The notes: generated from the letters alone by a model not told the origin. 64,000 bases of DNA from Eledone cirrhosa (GCA_964016885.1 OZ024743.1:27404001-27468000); one strand, 5' to 3'; positions 1 through 13,263 are shown, numbered from the stretch's first letter. Made by a program: numbers and translations.

Positions 1-2444
1 CGCGGAATGTAGGTCTCTACATCACCTCCGAGCAGATTTTTAGCCGAAAATCGTTAACGATGAAGCCAAGGACGCACAAGGTACAGTTTACATCCCCCAT
101 TCTAGACGGTAGTCGATACACATTATTGAATCAGCAGGAACAAATGCTGAAAGAGCACATCAGTGAAAAAATAATTGAGCAGAAAGATGCATGCAAGAAC
201 AAAAATGAGGCGCTACGGGCTGTGTTGAGCCGCTTTCAAATGACTAGCTGTTTTGTAGTTTATACGTGACCACCAGAGGTCTAACCAAAAACAGATAAAG
301 TTTGACATGGGTGAAGTTGCTGTTCTTGCATTAAATGTTAATGGTAAGTGTTGTACCAATAGCTGTAGACGAAGCTATTATGGCAGTTTACCAGTGCTAG
401 CAAGAAGATGATGGGTAGGCGAGAAAATGTTGGCCTCCCTGATGTATTGCCGAATGTGCCAGGGAGCCAGAAAAAAGGGTGGTTGCTTTGAAAAGAAAAA
501 AAGCAAGTTGAATCTGTAGGTGGGTTGCAGTTCCATAATTCGGGCGAATCCACAGAAGTGGTGGAAATTCTGACAAGTCCAGTTCTATTTGTTGTTTTCC
601 CGGTGAGTTGGGGAAAATAACAAGATAGAGGTTGTTATGGACGATGGATGTGCAACGAAATGCGAAACTGTTTGAGTTCAGCTGCAATTAGCATTCTCGT
701 GTTGCGGTGCAGGTGAATTAAGCTGCAAGTGTCGATAGCATGTTTTGGTACCTCCAGAAGGTGAAAAGGGATCTCGCAGAATATTACGACGCTTGAAGAT
801 CACATACTATAGAAAACAACATGTTGGTGTGTGTATATATGCAGGCATGTAATACAGCAAAGAAAATGTGTGCGTGCAGTCACATATACAATGATAGAGA
901 GAAATGAATTTTCATATAATACAGCTTAAAAAAAAATAAATGTCCAAAATAAATGCCTGAAAAAAAAGGAAGAAAGAAAGAATTGTTTCTTTTCTTTTAA
1001 CAAAAAGTTCGCTTCTTTTTTCTTTGGGAACGCTCTTACTAGGGAGCTAGTAGAGTTGTTGTTTTTGTTAAAGCAAAGTCACAATGAATCTTCTGTAGAG
1101 TAGAAGTCGAGCGTTGAAGAACCTAGTGTCACCAACATGGCAGCCACGTCTGACACCATAATGGTGAGAAAACTAATGTCTTAATTTCTCGAGTCCTTGT
1201 GGTAACGAGACAGAAGGCATGGTGGTTGTGTCGGTAAAGTTACAAGCTGTTCCCTGGTGTTGGTTAATAGTTAGCCATGTGTTGCTGCTGATGGCTGGTA
1301 CTTGGTGGTAGCCGTTTTGAAATATCCTCGTGGCGTAAAGTTTTTGAAATACTGCTAATTTTTTTCTAAAAATATTCTAAAGAAATTTTGAATAATAAAA
1401 AAAATGATTTTCCATGAAAATCCCAAGATGGCCGATTGAAAAATGCGTCTGTGATGAAGAAGCCGTCATGTGGCACGATGCAGCCAATCAGACGGCTGGG
1501 ATTGGAGAAGACAAGCTGTACGCGGGAAAACAAAATTTTTGAGTCTCCATTTTGTAACTTTAACAGAAGTTTGAAAGCAAAATTCTATATCCAAGGCAAG
1601 TTGTTCTTATTCGGTGGTCACCGTACTCATTTTATCAACTAATTGAAATATACCAAACCACCTCAACCGGATAGAAGACATCGCATAATTTTCAATCCAA
1701 AAGAGAAATTTTTTGTTAGTCGTCGAAAAAACTCTTTCTTTTGTGTTGTATTTTTGTGTTCGTCTGTATGCGTGAGTCACTAGTGTTACCATGAAAGTTA
1801 TGACAGAAACATTGTGCAGGCCGCGTGCTTCAACGAATGGAATATTATGAATTTTATGGACTCAGGCTAAGTGAGTCTAGCTACCCGATTCGAACATTTC
1901 AAATGTTAAGCCACTCCACATATCCATTAAAACGATTGGCGAATTCAAATAGGCTGCGTTTTCATACTTAATCGTCGAGGGTCACCAATTTAGCGTAGAG
2001 TTACGTTTAGAGAGTTGTAGTGTTGCCACGAGGAACCAGGTTTCGTAGAAAGATATGATAGGAATATCGACAACGACTTTAGATTGTTTTTACATTATTT
2101 ATTAACACAGGTTAAGAAGTGAATTAAGCTGGCATGCCAAGAATAATGAAATAATTCAATTAAGATTACAAGAGAAAATACGGTCGACTGGCTGAGGCGT
2201 TTGGCCAGGTCCGTAGTAAAATTGTTGTGTCGTTACATATTGTTTGTGCTTACGGAGCAAAAGAACAAGTGGTGTTTACCTTAGCATGGTCAAGCTGCAA
2301 GAGTTAGTTTCCTCAAATCTTCGCGGGCTATTTCTCCCTCAGAACGCGTAGGGATACATCCTCTTCTCCTGGCGGTGATTGGCTGAGCTGAGCCAAATCA
2401 CGCACAGAGAATGTATGCGAGCCCGCGGAATGTAGGTTACTACA
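1..2444 (-). mobile_element. Internally deleted/degenerate Gypsy-like LTR retrotransposon (5' LTR ~2444-1990, PBS 1987-1971, ~1.95 kb decayed internal region, 3' LTR begins at 21 and runs off the window)
   Basis: Minus-strand TGTAG(T/A)...CCTACATTCCGCG start at both 2444 and 21. TGGTGACCCTCGACG follows the LTR and resembles the tRNA-Trp PBS TGGTGACCCCGACG. Purine-rich GGAGGTGA precedes the 3' LTR. No intact gag/pol ORF. Confidence 0.75.
1971..1987 (-). other. Primer-binding site, tRNA-Trp-like
   Basis: Minus strand TGGTGACCCTCGACGAT directly after the LTR end; one-base insertion relative to the tRNA-Trp 3' complement. Confidence 0.65.
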
Positions 2445-2493
2445 GAATAAATAAGAATTAGCAGCAATTCTTTGCTTAAACTTTAATCTGTTA

Positions 2494-2552
<59 letters not shown>

Positions 2553-3804
2553 TCTCACTCTCGTTTGTTTAATCTTAATATTGTGATGAGGGGTGCGATG
2601 GTGTTTATAATTCTGTTCTCTCAGCTTAAAATCTAATTTTTTCCTCAAATATCAAAGATATAAAAGTGTTTTAATCAGTATTAAAAATACTTTCTGACAA
2701 TGACATATATGAATCTCATTTGGACTCTAAATTATATACATTTAATGCATATCCTCTGAGAGAGTTACTTTTAATACAATTAATGGTAATTTTCCAATTC
2801 TTTTCACTATAGGCCTCCTAGTGAACATCCAACTAAGAATACACAATTACAGAAAATATGTTTCTAAATGTATTGTATATAGAGAAATTGTATTAGTATT
2901 GTAAACAATTATTAGAATTATATGATGCGAATACTTTGCAATATATTAGAAAAAATATTAATAAAAAAGTGTAAAATCATAGCCTATTGATGGAAATGTT
3001 TGTTATCTCCCCTAGCTGGTTGTTGTTCATGCTTTTCGGACATACACACACACTCTCTCTCTCTTACACACACACACATACACACACATATACACACAAA
3101 CACACACACACACACACATACACATATATACACACACACACACACGCACACACAAACACCCACTCACACCCTCACACATATATATATATACATATCAGTA
3201 TGTATGTATGTATATAGGAAACTATATATATGCACTAAAACAACGATGTGTTAAACACATTTTCAAACAGTAAATATATGGAAATAAAATTTTCTCTATT
3301 ATTCCTGAATGTTCTAAAGCCAGCCAATAATACATTCCAATACATATATCTTACATTCGAACAGTTGCAGGTTTTGCTATATTTCAACAAAAGTCAATAT
3401 ATTGAAATTCTTGCAGTTCTGATTATTTTTGGCCTGTTTATTTGGTTATATGAAATCCTCAGGGGATTTCTCCCTAAAAACATTTATTGATTTGAGTTTC
3501 AAAGAATTTTGAAGTTAAAAAAATGAAGCTCGAAATGTTTCGGTACAAGAATCTGAAAACGTAAAGTGAAGCGGTGAAGTTAATATTCGTTAAAAAGTGA
3601 AAATATTTGTTAATGAATTAAACTCAACACAAGCCACCCTTTATTTTTCTCTCACCTTCTCTCTATACATGCATACATACATGTATACATACCAACACGC
3701 ACACACACACACACACATACACACACACACGCACACACACACACATATATATACATACAGACGCATCCCTCCTCACACACGCACATATATATATATATAT
3801 AAAA

Positions 3805-4315
3805 GGGTAATGACTCCCATCGTCCATGGGTTTTGCACCTACAAAGTTCCCCTCAGAGGCCCAAGTCTGGGCAAGGTTGTTTGTGGAAGACAAGTCGCCA
3901 CTCCCGCATACCAGTCTCCATTTTCAATGCAACGAATGTTGTCCAAGGGAAATGCTAGGGCCGATAGAGCTTGGTACCAGTGACATCACAACTCATTCTA
4001 CAAATTAGTCAACTGGAGTAACGTGAAATAAATGTTTCTACTTTAGGCACAAGGCCAGCAATTACCAGTGCATTACTGGTACTTTATTTTATCGACCCCG
4101 TAAGGATGAAAGGCAAAGTCAACCTCGGCGGGATTTGAACTCAGATGGTAAAGGGACGTAACTATGCTGGAAAGCATGGCGTCCGACCCTCTACCGATAC
4201 TGCCAATCCACCGACGTGAAATAAAGCGTCTTGTTCAGGAACATAACGCAAAACCTGGTTCAAGAATCAAACTCACAAGATCACGACTATAAGCCCGATG
4301 CCATGTGCCTTCACA
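3805..4315 (-). mobile_element. Older tRNA-derived SINE (family B), interrupted by a family-A SINE
   Basis: Minus strand has a tRNA-like head and TGTTCCTGAACAAGACGCTTTATTTCACGTT core; homologous to 24290-24408. Confidence 0.55.
4033..4213 (-). mobile_element. tRNA-derived SINE family A
   Basis: Matches the window consensus (GGATTGGCAGTATCGG A box, GAGTTCAAATCC B box, TTGCCTTTCATCC..GGGGTCGATAAAA core). 12-bp TSD ACGTGAAATAAA at 4021-4032 and 4214-4225. Confidence 0.9.
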
Positions 4316-4587
4316 CACTCACATACGCAGATATATATATATATATATATATAAAGCTAAAAAGCGAATCCTACCGTTTGTTTTGTTGTTTTTGTTATTA
4401 CTTTTACACACACACACACATATGTGCAAAAGATTCATTATGTCTGAAGAAAACTGGTAAGAGTGCCAAGGTAATCACTCGATGCAGAGCAACGTGTATA
4501 TAGTAAGAACGAAATAGAGGTGTTACATAGGAGACTGAGGAACATTTGTAACCGGGTTGAGCAATAAATCTCCTACGTAATACCTTA

Positions 4588-4633
<46 letters not shown>

Positions 4634-4637
<4 letters not shown>

Positions 4638-4957
4638 ACAATGCTAAGTAGTTGTCGATCTTAAAGCCCTTTATTGATAAGGCTGTGATACATATTTCCA
4701 TGACGACAGTGGCCACGCGATTCTATGCAACCAGTACCATGATCTCATCAGACAGCTTCATTACATAATAAGGTAACGTTCTCGAGGCAGTCCACACTAA
4801 AACGACAAATGAACGGACAAATATGCTGTTTCAGTGTGGATTGCCTCGTAACCTTAATACGTAATGAAGCTGTCTGGTGAGATCATCACACTGGTTGTGT
4901 ATCCCAGACTTATCGATAAAGGGCTTTAACATTTGCAGCTACTTCGCATTTTCTTAT
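4634..4957. repeat. Imperfect inverted repeat (fold-back PLE 3' remnant) with an HHR-like motif on the minus strand
   Basis: Arms ~4634-4805 and ~4828-4957. Minus strand reads GCTGT-CTGATGA...CATG-GAAATATGTA-TC-ACAGC. Follows a (TA)n tract. Confidence 0.65.
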
Positions 4958-5081
4958 CCTAAATATACTCTGTCATAACTTTGTGGATAATTATATATGC
5001 ACCAGAGTACTCGATACTTGGAGTAGTAGAGTGGGTAATATGAAAAGATTTAGGTCCCCGGCGGCTGAGCTCCGACCGTTT

Positions 5082-5217
<136 letters not shown>

Positions 5218-5623
5218 TGTGCTATTAGTATAGGTACGTTTCAGTCAAGCTGAATTTATCAAATTTCAAATCAAAATAAAAGATTTATAATGTTCATTAA
5301 TGCTCTAAACAACATGCAATTCGTACATTACAACTGGGTTAACTCCTCTCTCGTGTAAAAGATAAAATCAATAAATTTCATGTTTATTTGATTAATATAG
5401 GTTTTCAGGTATTTTAGTTCACAAGAAAATTTCAAAATGGGTTTTTATTGATGTGAATTGAAAAGAAATTTAAAATAAGCAAGTAAGGGAACGAAAATGA
5501 AAGTGCAAATTGGAGAGAGACTTTCGAATGACCGATAAGCTATATTATTTCAATAGATCTTCTATATTTCTCTTACTATATCCATCTCAACCTATCTATC
5601 TATATTTCGCTCGATCCTTTTTA

Positions 5624-5703
<80 letters not shown>

Positions 5704-6089
5704 TAGATATATATATATATGTGTGTGTGTTAGTGTGTGTGTGCATGTGTGTGTATTTAACGCACTTTTTCACCTGTACTTGTGTAATTCTGCGAAACGC
5801 ATAACTTGTCTCTACTTGTTTGGTTACGTTCCAGTGTGCGCTGGAATGAACGGTATTAACCTTAATGAACCGAAACATTAGTGATTTCGAGAGGTTGGCC
5901 GAAGTGACGCGACTGTCCGTATTTCCGTTATTTTTTCTATTGTTATTGTCTAGTGCGCCCCTATTTTGAATTCATATTTTAAAGACCTCACCATGCAGGC
6001 ATCCTTTGAATTTATATATATACTAGACCACCTGTGACCCGTAAGACACACACACACACACACACACACACACTATATATATATATATA

Positions 6090-6423
6090 AGGATTGGTGA
6101 TCTGAAATAGCGATGTATACATGAATGCATGTATAGTATATTTGGCAATATACCGTATGTTTAATTAAAAACATTTAGAAGACCATACACTATCATTTTA
6201 AAGTAGTGACTATGTCACTTACTTATTTTTGGCGTTCATCAGAACCACGCAGTCCCCTGCTTCCGCCGAAAATTATAGAAGCTGGATACTTATAGAATTC
6301 CAGTAATAATCATGAGCTGGTTATACAGAACGATTGCCGGTCCAGTAAAAATTAGGAATTAGGATTGGTGCTCTGAAATAGCGATGTATATATGAATGCA
6401 TGTATAGTATATTTGGCAATATA
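6090..6423 (-). mobile_element. Retrozyme-like partial tandem (271-bp period), related to the 62154-63045 element, HHR partly deleted
   Basis: 6090-6152 is repeated at 6361-6423. Colinear similarity to 62364-62760. Minus-strand CTGATGA at 6236-6242. Confidence 0.7.
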
Positions 6424-6804
6424 ATATTTTCCCATTATGCGCCATTTTGGCCGTTTAAGATTACAGACAATCACACAATCACAGAGTTTTAGTAGTATAC
6501 TAGATCACCCATGACCCGCTGGGTCCTCATAGCATGGACCCAATCTAACACACCTACCTACTCCCACATATACCAAAGTGTGACTTTACAGACTCTCTAG
6601 ATTGCTGGTTATGTGATTCTATTTCACCTTTTCACTTAAAATTCTTTTTTATATTGAGCACTTAGTCTATTGTCTTAATTACACCAACATATTTCTTTCT
6701 TGCATTTATATCTTATTTTCATATATATATATTATATTTCTCGATATTTATCTCTTTATACATTTTTGTTATCTTATATGTTATTATATTATTATATTGT
6801 TATA

Positions 6805-6960
6805 GGGCGCCATGCTTTGAAGCATAGAGTTTCCTCCCTTTATGATCTGAGCTCAAATCCCGCTGAGGTTAACTTTGCCTTTCATCCTTACAGGGTCGAT
6901 AAAATAAAGTACCAGTAATACACTGGGATAATTACTGGCCTTGTGCCAAAAGTAGAAACA
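6805..6960 (+). mobile_element. SINE family A, 5'-truncated
   Basis: Consensus core and 3' tail; TSD ATTATATTGTTATA at 6791-6804 and 6961-6974. Confidence 0.85.
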
Positions 6961-7350
6961 ATTATATTGTTATACTACTTTATTATTACTTTGTTATTTT
7001 TTTACATTTCTATATCTCACTTCGTATCATTTCATTGAATTAACTACATTTTATTGTATATATTATACTACACAGCATAATGCATTCCATATATAATATA
7101 ATATAATATTCAGCGACCCATCTATACAATAATAGCTACTGATGTAAGTTAATTTAATTTAATTTGATTTGATTTAATTTAATTTTAACTTCAGGACTAA
7201 CTTCCAACTATACAGTTATCTACCTAAGTATAACTATATCTAATCTGTAACGTCTACCTCATACATTATAGCGCCATGGAGACAACTAGAATTATGTAGT
7301 ATGTTACTTATCTATCATCATAATATTTTCGTCGTTATTGTATATATATC

Positions 7351-7538
7351 TATTTTAAATATAGAAAGGACTTCTACAGGACTAGAACTGTTTCATTCGA
7401 AGGAAATTACCAGGAAAGCTTTCCTTGTGATTTTCTTCAGTTCTAGTCCTGTAGAAGCCATTTCTATATTTAAAATATATACTCTCCTATGTATTGAGTA
7501 CCTTAATTACCGTGGTTACCCCGTTTGAACCTGGGATA
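7351..7538 (+). mobile_element. Fold-back PLE 3'-end mini-element (GAAACAGTTCTAGTC family)
   Basis: Inverted arms 7351-7390 and 7438-7477, followed by a TATTGAGTACC tail; homologous to 45597-45765. Confidence 0.7.
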
Positions 7539-7555
7539 CACACACACACACACAT

Positions 7556-7650
<95 letters not shown>

Positions 7651-7899
7651 AACTTAAGAAAATTAACAAAGAGATGACACGAAACGAACGGAGATAAGGC
7701 AAAGGAAAGAACAATTTTTTTTTAAGGGTTAAACTTTAAAAAAATACTTTTGAAAATGAAAATACAAACAAAGGACACAGAACACCAGTGTTATCAGTCA
7801 TTGTGATGGACATTGTCAGGTTTGATCCTTATCAATGGTACTGCTGGTCCACCCGGTGTCACAGCGTCTGACACACAAAACAAAGGCTGTCCTATAGAG

Positions 7900-8237
7900 C
7901 AGGGGTTCTCAACCTGGTCCATGTGGACCACTAGTGGTCCACAGGAAAATTCAGGTGGTCCACAGAAAATTTTCAATAGCAAATTCTATTTTGATCCATG
8001 CATTTGACATAAAGCGTTGTTCTTATTCTTCGCACAAGTACGACTTCAGCTGTTTATTTGCGTAGAGTTTTAGGCACTGCGACATGATAATAGCATTTTC
8101 TAATTCACTGAAAAAAAATATCTAATGATGCTTATAAGTAGCAGTTCTATTACAAAAGATTTTAAAGTTTAGGTGGTCCACAGGAAAAAATTACTTATTT
8201 TGGTGGTCCACAGTGAAAATAAGGTTGAGAACCCCTG
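7900..8237. mobile_element. hAT-superfamily MITE (338 bp)
   Basis: 16-bp TIRs CAGGGGTTCTCAACCT / AGGTTGAGAACCCCTG; 8-bp TSD CTATAGAG / CTAAAGAG; subterminal GTGGTCCAC repeats. Confidence 0.9.
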
Positions 8238-8443
8238 CTAAAGAGTAAGAGACGAGGAACAAAATATTAATTTATAACAATTAAGTAGATATAGAATTTT
8301 AGGGGACGTCAGGGAAAAAGTCTGGTGATTTATGGAAGGAGAGTCTCATAAATGAAACAAAGGGGAAGAAAGGAAGAAAATAAATATGTTAAAAAATGTA
8401 AGTCATTAAAATAAATGCATATATATATATATATATATGTATG

Positions 8444-8905
8444 TGTAGTGACCTACATTCCGCGGGCTCACATACATTCTCTGTGCGTGATTTGGCTCAG
8501 CTCAGACAATCAGCGCCAGTAGAAAAGGATGTATCCCTACGCGTTCTGAGGGAGAAATAGCCCGCAAAGATTTGAGGACGCTATGACCCGTAGCTGGACC
8601 ATGCTAAAGTAAACACCGCTTGTTCTTTTGCTCCGTAAGCACAAACAATATGTAACGACAAAACATTATCTACGAGCCTGGCCAAACGGCTTCAGCCAGT
8701 CGCCCGTATTTTCTCTTGTAATCTTAATAGAATTGTTTCATTTCTCTTGGCATACCAGCCTAATTCACTTCTCAACCTCTGTTAATAAATAATGTAAAAC
8801 CAAGCTGAAGTCGTTATTGATATTCCTATCATATCTCTCTACCAAACCTGGTTCCTCGTGGCGACATTACAACTCTCTAAAATACTTCTCCGCTAAATTG
8901 GTGAC
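8444..8905 (+). mobile_element. Second LTR of the same Gypsy-like family, with PBS stub
   Basis: Colinear with the reverse complement of 1990-2444. Begins TGTAG, ends CGCTAAA, then TGGTGAC. Confidence 0.85.
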
Positions 8906-9200
8906 AATATACCTCAACCAAATTGGTGACTTATATTCAACAAAGAGAAACATTTCTTTCCTTTATATGTATATATATAAGAATTAATTATATCGTGCAA
9001 TCATAGAATTACAAGAACTTTCAAATATTATAAACCTAATTAATATACACTTATATTTTACAAATTATTATAATTAGTTTTTTTAATTTAGTTAACCTAT
9101 AATTAGTATTTTACTACTGAGAACTTCATAATTTTATTTACCTTTTACAGCTATCTTTTCCTAAATTTAATACCTATAAGTATACATATAAACTATTTTA

Positions 9201-12200
9201 TTGTTATACTTTGGGAGGGTCTTGTTGCCAATAAGAAACACACGCACCAGTTGCTTTCACTTCAATTTATTATAATAAATTTATAAATTTAGGAATTTAT
9301 AAATTTCCGGTTGGTTGGTTGGTTCCACAACCAGATGATTGTTTATATATTGGCAAAGTCCTTTCGTCACACATTCTGTGACCTCTTCAGTGACTGGGGA
9401 TTCTTTTCTTTGTGTTTGTGCCTTTCCTTTGTTCTGTCCTACGCCATCTTGTTTTTGTGTGTGTGTTGTGTGCTTAGTTTGCGCATGTGTTACATCCGGG
9501 TGTCCGTGTGTGTTTATATTCGTTTATTTATTTGTTTATTTACATGTTACTGGTTGGTTGTTTGTTCTATGTGCGTGTGTGTTTTCATTTTATCCTTAAT
9601 TGTAAGTCGTGATGTTGCTGTTCTATTCCAACAGTATAGCAAGAAGCATAATAGAATGGAGGCCCAGCAACTGGGAGAAAAATATGCAAATGGCTTGCGT
9701 AAGTTCATGCAGCGCTCGCGTAATGGAGAGATAGCATGCTTTCCAACAGACAAGTCTGGCAGAATGTCGGTTGACAGTCTGCCAAACTACATCCAGGCAA
9801 TGCAACCCCACATCACTAACACAAGAGAAGTAACACCACAAGAGCATCAGGATAGGGAAAAAGCCCTCAATGCCCATATGATGATGTGGACAAATATAAT
9901 GCAGCCCAACAAAAGGACTGCCAACAACTTCCAGGCCTGGAACAATGACGTGCCAGCGTTGTATGGTCTTCGAAAAGACCATAAAACGAGCAGTGACTCT
10001 GTCACAGGACCACCAACACGGCCAGTCTGTGGAGCTAACATTGCTAGTAACTACAGACTTTACTAATTCCTCTCCCTGATCATACGCCCCATCATTGAAA
10101 TGTCCCCAGATGTATGCAACAGCACGGAGGACCTCCTCAGCAGAATCGGCGAGAGTAACCGATCTAGGGACCTAACAAACTGCATAATAGGTAGTATGGA
10201 TGTTGTGTCCCTGTATCCATCTATTGACGTGGATTTTGCTGTGGAGAAATGCGTAGAAATGATCAGTGAGAGCAATGTTGAATTCCGTGGGATTGATACC
10301 AGTGAGCTGGGACTCCTACTTAAACTTACCTATAGTAATAATTATCTAGATACATATGGCCTTAGCAACCTGTGCCCTACAAGACCAGCAAGAGGCAGAC
10401 CACCTACCATTACCTCAATGGCCAAGAAAACCCACACAGATAGATGGAATGGGTGGCCCAAAGCCATACGGACCCCCGAAAATCACGATGAACTAAAGAA
10501 AATGATTGCACATGCGGTGGGGGCCAGCATAAAATTAACACTTAAGGAAAATATGTTCAATGGAAAAACATATGCCCAAGAGGAGGGTGCAGCCACTGGT
10601 GTTAGCATTACAGGCGACATAGCTAACCTATTCATGGTATGGTGGGACAGTAGACTTAAACTTAAACTTAAAGAACAATTAGAAGACCCCTTAACCCTGA
10701 TAATGTACTCCCGCTACGTTGATGATATAAACATCGTAGTAAAAACACCCCACTAGAGAACAGTCAAGAATTAGAGAAAAACACAATGGAAAGCATCCAG
10801 CAAATAGCTAACACCATCCACCAGAGTATTAGAGTTACTATAGACTACCCAAGGAAACACCCCAACCATCGATTACCTGTACTAGACACAGAGCTCTCGT
10901 TAGATACCATTAATAACAAAAAACAAATCCTCCATTCCCATTATGCCAAACTCATGACTTCCAAATATCTGATCCACTGAAACTCAGCTGTTTCGGACCA
11001 TACCAAAATCAACATACTGATTGCGGATTGGGTACGGGTGATGAGAAACGTGTCCCGCATGTGCAACCCCAAAGAACTAGAGAGACAAATACAACACTTC
11101 ATCCACCGCATGAAATTCTCTGGTTACAATCAGAGAGATAAAATCAGAGTATATAGAGGAGCCAGAACCAAATGGGAAAAAATGGTAAATAATGACACAA
11201 ATGGGACCTGCCCCTTGTATAGGCGCAAATTTTGGAATAGAATAAAAAGAACTAGGAATAAGGCTAATAGAATAAACTCATGGTATGATAGCAATAAATA
11301 CCAGAGTGTAATGTTCATCGATACAGCCCCTAGAGGTGAATTAGCTTACAAATTTAGAAGGGCCCTAGATCAACATAAACTCAATATTAAGATAGTAGAA
11401 AGACCAGGTACCTCCATAAAAAGACTTATTAACAATACATACCCTTTTCAAAGACCTCCCTGTATAGATAAGAAATGTATAATCTGTAAATTAAGCCCCC
11501 ATATTAACTGTAAAACTAGAAATGTAGTATATAGCATAAGCTGTACTGAAGGACAATGTAGAGATAAGATTATAGTGTACATAGGTGAGACAGCTCGTAG
11601 TATAGGGGAACGGATAAATGAACACTGGCGAGACCTTCAATATAGTAAAGAATCATCTGTACTCTACCAACATGCTAAAATAGAACATAAGGGTAAATTA
11701 GTGAACATAGAAATAAAAATAGAATCTACACACAGAAAAGACGCAATGTTTAGACAAATCACAGAGGCAATAAACATAAATGAACTCCAACCAAAATTAA
11801 ATAGAATACATGAATGGAACAGCAACATCACAACTTACAATTAAGGACAAAATGAAAACACACACGCACATAGAACAAACAATCAACCAGTAACATGTAA
11901 ATAAACAAATAAATAAACGAACATAAACACACACAAACACCCGGATGTAACACATGCGCAAACTAGGCACACTACACACACACAAAAACAAGATGGCGTA
12001 GGACAGAACAAAGGAAAGGCACAAAAACAAAGAAAAGAATCCCAGTCACTGAAGAGGTCACAGAATGTGTGACGAAAGAACTTTGCCAATATATAAACAA
12101 TCATTAGGTTGTGGAACCAACCAACCAACCGGAAATTTATAAATTCCTAAATTTATAAATTTATTATAATAAATTGAAGTGAAAGCAACTGGTGCGTGTG

Positions 12201-12297
12201 TTTCTTATTGGCAACATGATCCTCCCAAAGTATAACAATATCAGTTTCAACACACGTTTTCAGATAAAGAATCTTGCTAAACAAATTCAGAAACGAA
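9201..12297 (+). mobile_element. Penelope-like retroelement, 5'-truncated, with inverted copy of the 3' tail (Naiad-like RT)
   Basis: ~430-bp inverted repeat 9199-9628 vs 11812-12240; 13-bp TSD ATAAACTATTTTA at 9188-9200 and 12298-12310; RT and GIY-YIG ORF remnants inside. Confidence 0.9.
9629..11844 (+). pseudogene. Disrupted PLE polyprotein: reverse transcriptase + Cys-rich linker + GIY-YIG endonuclease
   Basis: PTDKSG, LYGLRKDHK, PTRPVC, GSMDVVSLYPSID, GAATG..IANLFMVWWD, RYVDDI, LPVLD, NVVYSISC..YIGETARSIGERINEH. In-frame TAA at 10064-10066, frameshift near 10755, in-frame TGA at 10978-10980. Confidence 0.9.
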
Positions 12298-12893
12298 ATA
12301 AACTATTTTAATTTCCTGTTATGAATCTAAATTCCTTGTAATCTATATAAGTTTGTTATTTCTCACTATAACATTTATCCCCCCCCCCCCCCAAAAAAAA
12401 AATTGTTTTCCTTCGTTTTTAACAACATTCTTTAATAACATCTAACTCTTATTTATCACATCTATATGAATTAATATAAATTTATCCCAATAAGTATACA
12501 TATCAATTAAATTAATTAAATTTCTTTTTATAGATCTAAATTCCTTATGTTTTAAATAAGATTGGTATTTCTCACTAACACATTTATCCTAAAATTTTAT
12601 TCTCCTTCGATTTTAACATTAGCATTATTCTTTAATAACATCAAATTTTCGTGTACCTTTCACCGGCTTGACCTCTTTTCATCCCCAAAGTAATCTTTTC
12701 ATTCAAAATATTCTTTCCATTCAGAACTGATGTCTGCATTCCTCTACCCATAAATTAAATTTCTACTACTACTATTCTATCAACTTGACCACTTACTACT
12801 TTTCTATTGGTCAATTCAAAACCTGTTCCCAAACAGACCTATTATATTAAATCTTTGTTGTTTTTTTTCAATAAACAAATATCATTATTTCTG

Positions 12894-13263
12894 CTGAATT
12901 GGCAGTATCGGTAGAGAGTCGGACGCTATGCTTTCCAGCATAGTTACGTCCCTTTACGATCTGAGTTCAAATCCCGCCGAGGTTCACTTTGCCTTTCATC
13001 CTTACGGGGTCGATAAAATAAAGTACCAGTAATGCACTGGGTAATTGCTGGCCTTGTGCCAAAAGTAGAAACAATTATTTCTGCTGAATTGGCAGTATCG
13101 GTAGAGGGTTGGACGCCATGCTTTCTAGCATAGTTACGTCCCTTTACAGTCTGAGCTCAAATCCCGCCGAGGTTAACTTTGCCTTTCATCCTTACGGGGT
13201 CGATAAAATAAAGTACCAGTAATGTACTGGGTAATTGCTGGCCTTGTGCCTAAAGTATAAACA
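12894..13263 (+). mobile_element. Two head-to-tail SINE family A copies (12894-13073, 13084-13263)
   Basis: Consensus SINE twice; ATTATTTCTG occurs before, between and after the copies. Confidence 0.9.

Noticed and set aside
10978-10980. In-frame TGA in the Naiad-like PLE as possible selenocysteine
   Set aside because: Context LIH*NSA is not a Cys position, the linker cysteines are TGT, and the ORF has other lesions. CGA>TGA decay is simpler.
9199-12240. DNA transposon with 430-bp TIRs
   Set aside because: The interior encodes RT + GIY-YIG, and the repeat is asymmetric relative to the TSD, as expected for an inverted PLE tail.
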